Part shown: positions 1 to 10,803 of the stretch, piece after piece
How the letters are laid out: every line of letters begins with the position of its first letter
How positions within the stretch are numbered: position 1 is the first letter of the stretch
Notes under the pieces: model-generated
What the model was told of the DNA's origin: nothing
The model's input: only the letters and a program-made list of their open reading frames with translations
The model's database searches: none
Program-made: the position numbers and the translations under genes
DNA from: Bacteroidota bacterium
Lineage (GTDB): Bacteria; Bacteroidota; Ignavibacteria; SZUA-365
Length of the DNA: 64,000 nt
Assembly (NCBI GenBank): GCA_023432805.1
Contig: JAEYUG010000033.1
Location: forward strand, 2,654-66,653
Direction: 5' to 3'

Positions 1-2409
<2,409 letters not shown>

Positions 2410-2443
2410 CACCCCGCGCACCCATACGCATCATCCCATCACA

Positions 2444-2485
2444 GCAGCGGGATCCGGCTCTCCGGATCCCGCTGTTGCTTGGTTG
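2444..2485 (+). terminator. Putative intrinsic terminator after katG (stem cagcgggatccgg / ccggatcccgctg, loop ctct, then ttgcttggttg)
   Basis: Perfect ~13-bp inverted repeat followed by T-rich tract about 35 nt after the katG stop. Confidence 0.5.
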
Positions 2486-2534
2486 CCTGCATGGAGCATT
2501 TCCGAAGCGATGAGACTGCCCACATGCAGTCGTC

Positions 2535-3323
2535 CTACACAAACACGAGCAGCTTCTCCCTTACTGATCTGCTTGCGAGTTCTGCATCATACGTGATGCC
2601 AGGCCGAAGCAGTGGTGCCATGTCACTGAGAAATCCTGGGTGGCCCATTTTCTTCTCGAGATTGCTGGAGAGTACCTCACCAGTGACATGGTCGTGCTCT
2701 TCACCCAGATAGGCATGAAACACACGCGCGATTTCCCCGGGATGAATGGAATGTTGTTGGAGTCCCAGCCAGAGATCAAAGAGATCGCGTCCCTTCCTCC
2801 GCTGATACAAGGCGCGCAGCTTGGTACCGAGAAGCTCTTCGAGGGTGAATGTGCGAATCATGACCGCTGCACTGAACCATCGAGAATCCACAGCGAATGA
2901 GCGCAGTATGTAGTTGTGAACAGATGCATGTTCCCTGGTGTTGATCTCAATCTTAAGCTTCAGCACGAGCACAGGCGCAAACTCCGACATGGTGCGATAC
3001 ACCAATTTGACGGCATTTGATTTATGCTCGCGGACCGGTGTGCCAAGCCATGGATCAAGACAATGACGCAAATCGTCCAGAATGCTTCCGATCGGTGCTG
3101 CCATTGTCTGCACCAGATCGATATCCTCTGAATAGCGCGATGGCGGATTCAGATAGAGCTTGTGAAGAGCAGTTCCACCACGCATGGCCAACTGATCGGC
3201 GAGTGCCTGGTTCCCAAAGATCTCAGCCATCGCGCGGGAGATGATCAAATCCTGCTCGACCTGGGCGTTTGTGGACCATGGATGCTGTTGCCTCCATGCG
3301 AGGATGTCAGCCTGAGGTATCAT
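2535..3323 (-). CDS. abiEii: AbiEii/AbiGii-family nucleotidyltransferase toxin (type IV TA / abortive infection)
   Basis: 262-aa protein of the nucleotidyltransferase AbiEii (DUF1814) type; 4-nt overlap with the upstream AbiEi gene; region GC clearly lower than flanks. Confidence 0.75.
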   Translation of the reverse strand: MIPQADILAWRQQHPWSTNAQVEQDLIISRAMAEIFGNQALADQLAMRGGTALHKLYLNPPSRYSEDIDLVQTMAAPIGSILDDLRHCLDPWLGTPVREHKSNAVKLVYRTMSEFAPVLVLKLKIEINTREHASVHNYILRSFAVDSRWFSAAVMIRTFTLEELLGTKLRALYQRRKGRDLFDLWLGLQQHSIHPGEIARVFHAYLGEEHDHVTGEVLSSNLEKKMGHPGFLSDMAPLLRPGITYDAELASRSVREKLLVFV

Positions 3324-4117
3324 GCTTCGCTCTCGGGATTGCTGTTGACGATCACATGCCAGCGCCGATCAGAGGAATACCCTCGAGCAGGTTCCCTGAC
3401 ATCCAGCCTCGTCCTGTAGACCTTTCGGCCGCGCAGCCAATCATGCATTCCACGCAGAAGTGCGGGATCTGCGATCTGCTCCAGGAGCCACCCCGCGCGT
3501 TGCACAATGCTGATATCAGGTTCATGGCGGGCAGCATCGAGAAGATCGTCACTCGTCATGGTCGCACACAATTCATCGAGCACGGTCAGCACTGCGTCGA
3601 GACCTCCGATCGTCGAAGCGAATCTTATACAGTCCATGACCGTGGCACCGCGCGTCGAAACGGGTATCCACCCCGAGAAACCCCTGACGCTCTCGATCTG
3701 CGTCTGTTCGCATGCAACTTTGCGGAAAAAGCGGATTCTGAGCACCGGCGTACGAACGGGACGGATGGTCGTGGGTACGACGACGTGGTGTTCCTGTGGC
3801 TGCTGATGCCCCGCCCCGTGCAGTGCTGCCGCTGACAGCACGCCGACGTAATAGGGAACGCCCAGAAAACGCATCAAGTCTTCGATGTACCAGTCCAGAG
3901 GGATCATGCCACTGGATCGGTACTCCAGAGGAGTGATCGCATAGAATCCACGCCGAAGCCTGTGAATCCTGCCGTTGCGATGCAGACGCTGCAGTGCCTT
4001 GGTCAACGACTCGGGTGCCAACCCGAGCACGGATTCCACTTCGTTACGTGTGAACGAGTATCGCGCGCCCTGCTGAAGAGCATCGACATAGTCTGCGAGT
4101 GATTGCGTGCCTTTCAT
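3320..4117 (-). CDS. abiEi: AbiEi-family antitoxin / transcriptional autoregulator
   Basis: MKGTQSLADYVDALQQGARYSFTRNEVESVLGL... winged-helix N-terminus typical of AbiEi; start chosen at the ATG (4117) so that the upstream inverted repeat lies in the promoter. Confidence 0.75.
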   Translation of the reverse strand: MKGTQSLADYVDALQQGARYSFTRNEVESVLGLAPESLTKALQRLHRNGRIHRLRRGFYAITPLEYRSSGMIPLDWYIEDLMRFLGVPYYVGVLSAAALHGAGHQQPQEHHVVVPTTIRPVRTPVLRIRFFRKVACEQTQIESVRGFSGWIPVSTRGATVMDCIRFASTIGGLDAVLTVLDELCATMTSDDLLDAARHEPDISIVQRAGWLLEQIADPALLRGMHDWLRGRKVYRTRLDVREPARGYSSDRRWHVIVNSNPESEA

Positions 4118-4133
4118 GCTCCAAAAATAGCAC

Positions 4134-4156
4134 AAGTGGACGTATTAAGTCCACTT
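4134..4156. promoter_or_regulatory. Perfect 8-bp inverted repeat AAGTGGAC-N7-GTCCACTT in the AT-rich region upstream of abiEi; candidate AbiEi autoregulatory operator
   Basis: Seen directly; AbiEi proteins are known to bind inverted repeats in their own promoters. Confidence 0.4.
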
Positions 4157-4198
4157 ATGAAACTATAAACTTCCAATCAGATTTCTACACATTCGCCG

Positions 4199-4942
4199 TT
4201 ATTTGCGGAGGGCGGCCTTGGAGAAGAGGGATTCGGGGATGGACTGGTCGAAGGCGATGTCGGTGATGCGGAATTCGGTGCCGTCGCCGTCCTTGAGCAT
4301 GTCTCTGAACACGGCCACCATCGGAAACCACCTGGCGCCGATGCGGCGTACGTCGCTGTACTCGGTCTTCTTGAGCAGCTGTCCGCTGCGCGCGGAAAGT
4401 TCCTCCTTCAACGGCACGAGCCGCTCGCGATCGATCCACATGGTGCGACGCTGGTACGCGACGTCGGGCACCTTCGCCGTGAGCGCGAGCACCCAGCACG
4501 CACGCTCGTCGACGGTGGCTTCCCCCGTGAGCTCGGCGTCGTAGACCTCGGTCAGCTTGCGGTCTTCCATCATGTCCTCATAGGAGAGATCCGACCCCAT
4601 CACCGACTGCCGCAGCATGTGTCCCGAAATCTGAATCGTGCGGTCGGTCGCGGGGGTGTAGATCCAGAGCTGTCCCTCGAGCTTGAGCATCTTCGTGCCC
4701 TTCTCGCGCGCGGGCGAGAGGTACTCGGTCAGCGCGCGGGTCGAGCCTTCGGACCAGGATTTCGCGGTGACGGTGCGGTCCCCGCGGCGGGTGTGGATCA
4801 CCATCGTCGCGGTGTGCACGCGGTTGCGCGAGGAGAGGTTGCGCTCGACGCGCGCGAGGATGTCGTCGGCCGTGGGCTTCTGCGCAACGGCCGGGGGTGC
4901 CAGCAGCGCAAGCACGAGCAGAACGAGAAGGGGACGCATCAT
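4199..4942 (-). CDS. LolA-like outer-membrane lipoprotein-sorting / carrier-fold protein with signal peptide
   Basis: MMRPLLVLLVLALLAPPAVAQ signal peptide; ~247 aa; ATGA overlap with the upstream permease; the long N-terminal extension of ORF 4199..5644 is spurious. Confidence 0.7.
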   Translation of the reverse strand: MMRPLLVLLVLALLAPPAVAQKPTADDILARVERNLSSRNRVHTATMVIHTRRGDRTVTAKSWSEGSTRALTEYLSPAREKGTKMLKLEGQLWIYTPATDRTIQISGHMLRQSVMGSDLSYEDMMEDRKLTEVYDAELTGEATVDERACWVLALTAKVPDVAYQRRTMWIDRERLVPLKEELSARSGQLLKKTEYSDVRRIGARWFPMVAVFRDMLKDGDGTEFRITDIAFDQSIPESLFSKAALRK

Positions 4943-6210
4943 ACTTCGAGCTCCTTGAACAGGGTGGCGGTGCTGCGGCGGAAGATTCCGATGCCCGAGA
5001 GCATCGTGCCGACCACCATCGAGAGCACGCCGGGAATGAAGCCGATCACGTAGGTGCGCGGCGCGATCTCGGCGCGGTAGACCGTGGGAAGCATCATCGT
5101 CGTGCTCTTCATCATGCCGCTGAAATCGAGGCCGTACTCCTGCAGGTACCACAGGCAGGCGAGGCCGACGAGCGTGCCGGCAACCGATCCGATCACGCCG
5201 ATGAGCAGGGACTCGAGCACGAGGCTTCCAAACAGGTGCCGCGCATCCTCGCCGAGCGCGAGCCGCACGCCGAACTCGGCATGGCGACGCAGTCCTCCCA
5301 GCAATCCCGTGTTCCAGAGAATGACCGACATGATGAGAATGAAGATGGCGGTGAGGATGGAATCGAGACTCTCCATGTAGTCGATGAGTCCGGCGAGCTG
5401 CTGCTGATCCTTGAGCGGAAGCATCACGGGCGCGAATGCGTCGGTCGTGTCGGTGCGTGCGTTGAATGCGGCGGCGAGCTGTGCGGCACGCGGGTGATCG
5501 TACATGCTGCCGGCGAAATAGCCGAGCACCTCGCTCGACGCGCCCTGCATGTCGAGCGCGTCCTGCGCGTCGGCAAGGTCGATGATCACACCGCCGCGGT
5601 CGAGCGCCGTTGCACCGAAGCGCACCGTGCCCGCCACACGGCACTGCCAGAAGGCCATGGACCCGTACATCGTGCTGGAGAACAGCGTGAGGTCGTCACC
5701 GGGCCGGACGCCGAGCTGTGTTGCGAACTCCTCGCTGAGCAGTGCCTCACCGCGGGCAGCGGGCAGACGGCCGCGCACGATGGAACGGGCGAGCGCCAGA
5801 CGCCGGGGTTCGGTGGTACGGGCGCCGAGCAGGTCGATGGCGAGGCCGGCGAAGGGACCCTGCCGCTTCGTCTCGCCGTGCTCGTCGGCCACGTCGGCGA
5901 GTCCGCCGAAGCGGATGCGCCGCACCCACTCCATGTCGGGATGCTCGCGCGCAAGCTCGCGCAGCAGCGCGTCGGTCTCGAGCAATGCGAGATCGTTCGG
6001 CAGCTGAGCCTCGTTTTCTTCGTAGGCACGCGTGACCACGCGCACATGTCCCGTGCTGAAGCGCGCGCTGAGATCGACCATGTCGCCGAAGATCCCGTCG
6101 ATCCATCCGCTGGCCGCAACGGTCAGGAAGACGCCGATGCCGACGATGACGAGGGGAAACATGCTGCGCGTGCGGTCGCGCAAGACGCCGAGCAGAAGGA
6201 AGCGGATCAT
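4939..6210 (-). CDS. ABC transporter permease, FtsX/MacB/LolE family
   Basis: MIRFLLLGVLRDRTRSMFPLVIVGIGVFLTVAASG... then large periplasmic domain plus C-terminal 3-TM FtsX region; ATGA overlaps on both sides. Confidence 0.85.
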   Translation of the reverse strand: MIRFLLLGVLRDRTRSMFPLVIVGIGVFLTVAASGWIDGIFGDMVDLSARFSTGHVRVVTRAYEENEAQLPNDLALLETDALLRELAREHPDMEWVRRIRFGGLADVADEHGETKRQGPFAGLAIDLLGARTTEPRRLALARSIVRGRLPAARGEALLSEEFATQLGVRPGDDLTLFSSTMYGSMAFWQCRVAGTVRFGATALDRGGVIIDLADAQDALDMQGASSEVLGYFAGSMYDHPRAAQLAAAFNARTDTTDAFAPVMLPLKDQQQLAGLIDYMESLDSILTAIFILIMSVILWNTGLLGGLRRHAEFGVRLALGEDARHLFGSLVLESLLIGVIGSVAGTLVGLACLWYLQEYGLDFSGMMKSTTMMLPTVYRAEIAPRTYVIGFIPGVLSMVVGTMLSGIGIFRRSTATLFKELEV

Positions 6211-7391
6211 CGCATCCTCCCGCGCAAGGCGTCGGTGGGCTGCATGTGCGCGATGCGTCGCGCGGGCAGGAAGCTGACGATGGTCGCAGCGACGAAGATG
6301 AGCACGATCGTGGCGCCGACGAGTCCGGCACTGAAGGCGGGATAGATGCGCGCCGCGCCGGCGATGCCCGTGTTCTCGAAGGATCCCCCCACCCCGAATC
6401 CCACGGTGGCGAGATACCACAGCAGCGGCACGCCGTAGATTGCGCCCGCGAACGCGGCGAGAATACTGTGCGCTCCCCCTTCGAGCGTGAAGAGACCGAC
6501 CACCTGCCAGCGCGTCATCCCGAGGGCGACGTAGGTGCCGATTTCGCGCTGGCGGCGGAAGATGGAGAGCACCTGCGTGTCGAAGAGGGCGAGCAGGGCC
6601 ATGAGCAGGAGGATCGAGTACATCACTGCGGATCCGATGCGCTTGGCCTCGATGATGTCGGTCAGATCCTGCAGCAGCATGTCGGCAGTCTTGAAATGCC
6701 ATCCCGCCGGCGCGGCGGCGAGTTGCACAGCGGCATCGGGTGCGGCGACGACCAGCGTGGCCTCGTCCTCGAGACCGGTCATGGCCCGCAGGCGTTCGAG
6801 CGGCACCCAGATCTGTCCGACATCCACACTCGGCACATCCACATCGAAGATGCCGGCGACCAGCGCCTCGCAGGCGTCGAAGGCGCCGTTGCGGTCGCGC
6901 CACCGCACGAGCACGACGTCGTGCAGCGCGAGTCCCGCGCTCCCGGCCATGCGCCGGCCGATCAGTACGGGCAGCGCGTCGCCTTCGCACGCGGTGTCGA
7001 GCACGGCGGTGGGGAGCGCCACGACGCGCTGGGCGGGATCGATGCCGCGCAGCAGTGCGGACTGCATGCGTCCGCCGGGATAGATCGTGCCCTGCACGAT
7101 GAGCACGGGTGAGAGGCTTCCGCTGGTGGCACCGCGCGCCAGCGCGGGCGGGAGCGGGGCGTGCGCATGGACGAGGGTGAAGGGATCGTACGGGTCGTAG
7201 GATTCCTGCCAGTACTGTCCCGCACCGACTTCCCAGGCGATGGTCTCGCGGCGGGCCTGCTGATTCCATCCCTCGATCAGGCCGTTGTAGAAGATGATCA
7301 CGACGTAGCTGAACGAGAGTGCGAGCACGTTGAGCCAGGTGCGGAGTCCCGCGCCGACGAGATTCGCGAAGGCGACTCTAAGGGCGAGCAT
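6207..7391 (-). CDS. ABC transporter permease, FtsX/MacB/LolC family
   Basis: MLALRVAFANLVGAGLRTWLNVLALSFSYVVIIFYNGLIEG...; FtsX C-terminal TM bundle. Confidence 0.85.
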   Translation of the reverse strand: MLALRVAFANLVGAGLRTWLNVLALSFSYVVIIFYNGLIEGWNQQARRETIAWEVGAGQYWQESYDPYDPFTLVHAHAPLPPALARGATSGSLSPVLIVQGTIYPGGRMQSALLRGIDPAQRVVALPTAVLDTACEGDALPVLIGRRMAGSAGLALHDVVLVRWRDRNGAFDACEALVAGIFDVDVPSVDVGQIWVPLERLRAMTGLEDEATLVVAAPDAAVQLAAAPAGWHFKTADMLLQDLTDIIEAKRIGSAVMYSILLLMALLALFDTQVLSIFRRQREIGTYVALGMTRWQVVGLFTLEGGAHSILAAFAGAIYGVPLLWYLATVGFGVGGSFENTGIAGAARIYPAFSAGLVGATIVLIFVAATIVSFLPARRIAHMQPTDALRGRMR

Positions 7392-8145
7392 CGGGAGCCT
7401 CCCGGGTGGGCACGACGGTGTCGTCGCGTTCGAGATTTTCGTCGCGCCGGACGATCTCGTCGCGCTCGACAGTGCCGTCTTTCAGACGGATGATGCGGCG
7501 CAGGTAGGCGATCACCTTCTCGTCGTGCGTGGCGAAGACGAAGGTCGTGCCGAGGTCGCGGTTGAGCGCCTCCATCGTGCGGAGAATGTGGTGCGAGTTC
7601 TCGGCGTCGAGATTGGCCGAGGGCTCGTCGGCGAGCACGAGCCCGGGACGCTTGACCATCGCGCGCGCGATGGCCACGCGCTGGCTCTCGCCGCCGGAGA
7701 GCTGGGCGGGACGCGCATCCGCGCGGTCGTCGAGTCCCACCCACGCAAGCGCCTCCATCACCGCCCGCCGCCGCTCGGCCGCACCCACGCGCTGCAGCAA
7801 CAGGGGAAACTCCACGTTCTGAAACACGGTGTAGACGGGAAACAGGTTGTAGGTCTGGAAGATGAATCCGATGTGTTCGTTGCGCAGGCGCGCCGACGCG
7901 CGCGCATCGAGATCGAGCGTGTTGCGGCCGAGCACGATCGCGCGTCCCTCGCTCGGCAGGTCGAGCGAGCCGATGATGTTGAGCATCGTCGTCTTGCCCG
8001 AACCGCTCGGTCCCACGAGTCCTGTGAACTCTCCCGCCCCGATCTCGAGCGAAATGCCGCCGAGCGCAGTGAACGCGCCCGTGCCCATGGCAAAGCGCTT
8101 GACCACTCGGTCGAGTGTCACGATGTGCACGTTGCGTCCGTCCAT
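7378..8145 (-). CDS. ABC transporter ATP-binding protein (LolD/MacB-type)
   Basis: Walker A GPSGSGKTT, signature LSGGESQRVAIARA, Walker B LVLADEPSANLD; start MDGRNVHIVTL at 8145. Confidence 0.9.
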   Translation of the reverse strand: MDGRNVHIVTLDRVVKRFAMGTGAFTALGGISLEIGAGEFTGLVGPSGSGKTTMLNIIGSLDLPSEGRAIVLGRNTLDLDARASARLRNEHIGFIFQTYNLFPVYTVFQNVEFPLLLQRVGAAERRRAVMEALAWVGLDDRADARPAQLSGGESQRVAIARAMVKRPGLVLADEPSANLDAENSHHILRTMEALNRDLGTTFVFATHDEKVIAYLRRIIRLKDGTVERDEIVRRDENLERDDTVVPTREAPDARP

Positions 8146-8159
8146 ATGTCTTCTCCGTG

Positions 8160-9353
8160 TCAGTGGTAGATCGCTGCGAGCAGCATGAACCCCGATCCCC
8201 CGAACGCTGAACCGCCCCAGGCCGCAAGGTCGCGCGCGGGATTCCAGAACAGAAGCAGATGCGCGCTCCACACATCCTCCGTGCGCGCGAGCGAGGCGAG
8301 CCGGTACCAGTTTCCGCTGCGCCAGTCGTGGAACACCATCACCGATGCGCCGTGCAGCGCGTCGAGGGGATACGTGGCGGCCAGCGCCGTCAGCTGCGCA
8401 GTCTCTGCGAGCGCACCGAGCCGCGCGCCACCCTGTCCGACCGCATGCTCGCAGGTGATGCCGAGTCCGTTGCCCCACGCGAACGTGTAGTCGGCGCCGA
8501 GCGTGGCGAGGGACGTCCACGTCGCGTCCCCGCGCGCACCGCGGTGCATGAGCACCCCCTCGCCCCAGATTCCGATGCCGACATCCCATTTGCCGTCGAG
8601 GCCGATCCTGTTTTCATGGAGGGAGGATGCCCCGGCCGTGGAGATCTGTCCCAGCACAGAGGACTGCCCCTGCGGGGCGGATGCCCCGGCCGCGCTGCCC
8701 GCCGCCACTCCGTACGCTCGCCGGTGATGGAACGTCACTGCCGCCTCCCCCGCTCCCATCGGAAGCTGCACGCGCCCGCCGAATTCCGGCGTGTGCCGCA
8801 CGGTCGCATCGGCGTCGATTCCCCTGGGCTCATCGTTGCCATAGAGCGCCCAGAGCCAGAGACTCGCGTTGTTCTGCATCGTCCCGCGTGCGAGGATCCC
8901 GCGCACACCGGAGGCGACAGCGAGAGGATCGCGGGGATCCACGCGGTCGAACCACATCAAGGGACGCACAAGAAGCGCCGATCCGAAGTTCAGCTTCTGC
9001 AGTCCCGCACGCAGCTCCATCCGTTCGGATGCGATGCGCAGCGACAGCCGATGCAGCTCGGCGTTGGCATCGGGAGCCTCTCCGCGCCGCAGTTCGACGC
9101 GCAGCTGCAACGCAGCGTCGGCATCGAGTGCAACATCGTCGGTGAGCGCATATCCGACCGACAGCTCCGGAATCGAGCGGAGTCCCGCATGAGAAACCAG
9201 CACCCTGTCGAACGAGCCGCCCAGCCATCCCGAGAACTCATGGCGTGCATCCACTGTCTGCGCCGTCGCCTGCGGACCTGTCGCACCACACAGTCCCACA
9301 GCGCACAGCGCCCCCGTGAGAAACGACGCAACCCAGCGCAGCCATGTGCGCAC
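8160..9353 (-). CDS. Hypothetical secreted, possibly outer-membrane beta-rich protein; first gene of the ABC operon
   Basis: Signal-peptide-like RTWLRWVASFLTGALCAVGLCGATGPQATAQ; alternating hydrophobic pattern; start uncertain (GTG at 9353 proposed; the ORF extends to 9431). Confidence 0.45.
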   Translation of the reverse strand: MRTWLRWVASFLTGALCAVGLCGATGPQATAQTVDARHEFSGWLGGSFDRVLVSHAGLRSIPELSVGYALTDDVALDADAALQLRVELRRGEAPDANAELHRLSLRIASERMELRAGLQKLNFGSALLVRPLMWFDRVDPRDPLAVASGVRGILARGTMQNNASLWLWALYGNDEPRGIDADATVRHTPEFGGRVQLPMGAGEAAVTFHHRRAYGVAAGSAAGASAPQGQSSVLGQISTAGASSLHENRIGLDGKWDVGIGIWGEGVLMHRGARGDATWTSLATLGADYTFAWGNGLGITCEHAVGQGGARLGALAETAQLTALAATYPLDALHGASVMVFHDWRSGNWYRLASLARTEDVWSAHLLLFWNPARDLAAWGGSAFGGSGFMLLAAIYH

Positions 9354-9633
9354 TGTGTCCGGGAGCAGCGTTCCCGCTCCTTCTTTCGCAGTGCCACACA
9401 CACCATCTGACCGTTCGATCATGATCACCATGCCTGAAATGTCGCGAACAGGTTCGGTATCCCGTCCATCCGCAACTTACAATAGTCATGTGTCAGGTGC
9501 ATTCGAAAAGCCGGGCCCGCAGCGCAGCGCCCGCATGCGATCACACGCAACTCGCGGCATGCCTCGCAGGTGCCTGCGCGGTCTCTGTGTGGCGTCGTGT
9601 ACAGTTTCACAACGATACGTAGATTGCACAGGC

Positions 9634-10803
9634 ATGCCGCCGGAACTCTCCATATCGTTCACTGATGTCGTGCACGCACTGCTCGTGCTGTGTGCGGTGG
9701 CTTCCTCTGGGGGATTCGTTGCCACGGGTGTGGGACGTGCCCGCGCCCGGCGGCGGGAGGCGGAGTTCGTGCGGGCATCCGCCGCGCATGAAACCCCGGA
9801 TGTGATCCCCCCTCTCGTCTCGATCATCATCGCGGCGCATGACGAAGTGCAACGGATCCCGGCACTGATCGCGGCACTGCAGGCGCAGACGTATCCGCGG
9901 GAGCGGATGGACATCGTGGTGGCGGACGACCGATCCACCGACGGCACGGCGCAGGTCGTCGCGCACCTGGATCCCGCGGTGCGGATCGTGCGCATCGACG
10001 TGACGCCGGCAGGGGTCAGTCCGAAGAAGCACGCGCTGCATACGGCAATCGAGGCGGCGACAGCGGAGTTCCTGCTGTTCACGGATGCCGACTGCAGGCC
10101 GGGACCCGACTGGGTGCGCGCGATGGTGCGACGTCTCGCGGGCGGCGCGGAGGTGGTGGTCGGACTCTCTCCGGTCGATGGGATCCGCCACGGCGCGCAG
10201 CTGTTGCGGGGGTATGAAAGCGCGCGGGCATCGATGCTGATGGTGGCCGCGATCGGCTGGGAGGCGCCGTACATGAGTCTGGGTCGCAACTGGGGCTATC
10301 TGCGGCGGTCGTATGAGGCGGTGGGTGGACTTCCTTCCCTCGGTCATCATCTGGGCGGGGACGATGATCTGCTCTTGCAGCGCTACGTCTCAGCAGGAGC
10401 GCACATCGCTTCATGCACCGAGCGCGATGCCGCGTGTCCGACGGATCCTCCCGCCGGCTGGGGCGCGCTCCTGCGCATGCGGGTGCGGCATCTGCACGTG
10501 GCGGCGGCATACAGGGGGCGCGGCGCGCTGCTGCTCGCGGGCTTCGAACTCGCCGAGTTCATCACGATCTTCATCGCGCCCGCATGGTTCGTGGTCACGA
10601 CCGGCATGCATCCCCTGCTCGTCGCGGTGGTACTCGTCGCCAAGCTCTCCTACGACACGCGCTTCCTGCTGCCGGCCATGCGCGGGTTGCCGGGGCGCGG
10701 TGGCATCTGCACGCGACTCATCATGATCCTTCTCGAGCCGCTGCATGTCGCGTCCACAGTACTGTTCTCCGTTCTAGCACCTCTGCTGAGATCCCGATGG
10801 TAG
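9634..10803 (+). CDS. Family-2 glycosyltransferase with N-terminal TM and C-terminal TM helices (polyprenyl-phosphate sugar synthase-like)
   Basis: SIIIAAHDE...VVADDRSTDGT...FTDADC motifs of GT-A fold; hydrophobic C-terminal segments. Confidence 0.85.
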   Translation: MPPELSISFTDVVHALLVLCAVASSGGFVATGVGRARARRREAEFVRASAAHETPDVIPPLVSIIIAAHDEVQRIPALIAALQAQTYPRERMDIVVADDRSTDGTAQVVAHLDPAVRIVRIDVTPAGVSPKKHALHTAIEAATAEFLLFTDADCRPGPDWVRAMVRRLAGGAEVVVGLSPVDGIRHGAQLLRGYESARASMLMVAAIGWEAPYMSLGRNWGYLRRSYEAVGGLPSLGHHLGGDDDLLLQRYVSAGAHIASCTERDAACPTDPPAGWGALLRMRVRHLHVAAAYRGRGALLLAGFELAEFITIFIAPAWFVVTTGMHPLLVAVVLVAKLSYDTRFLLPAMRGLPGRGGICTRLIMILLEPLHVASTVLFSVLAPLLRSRW

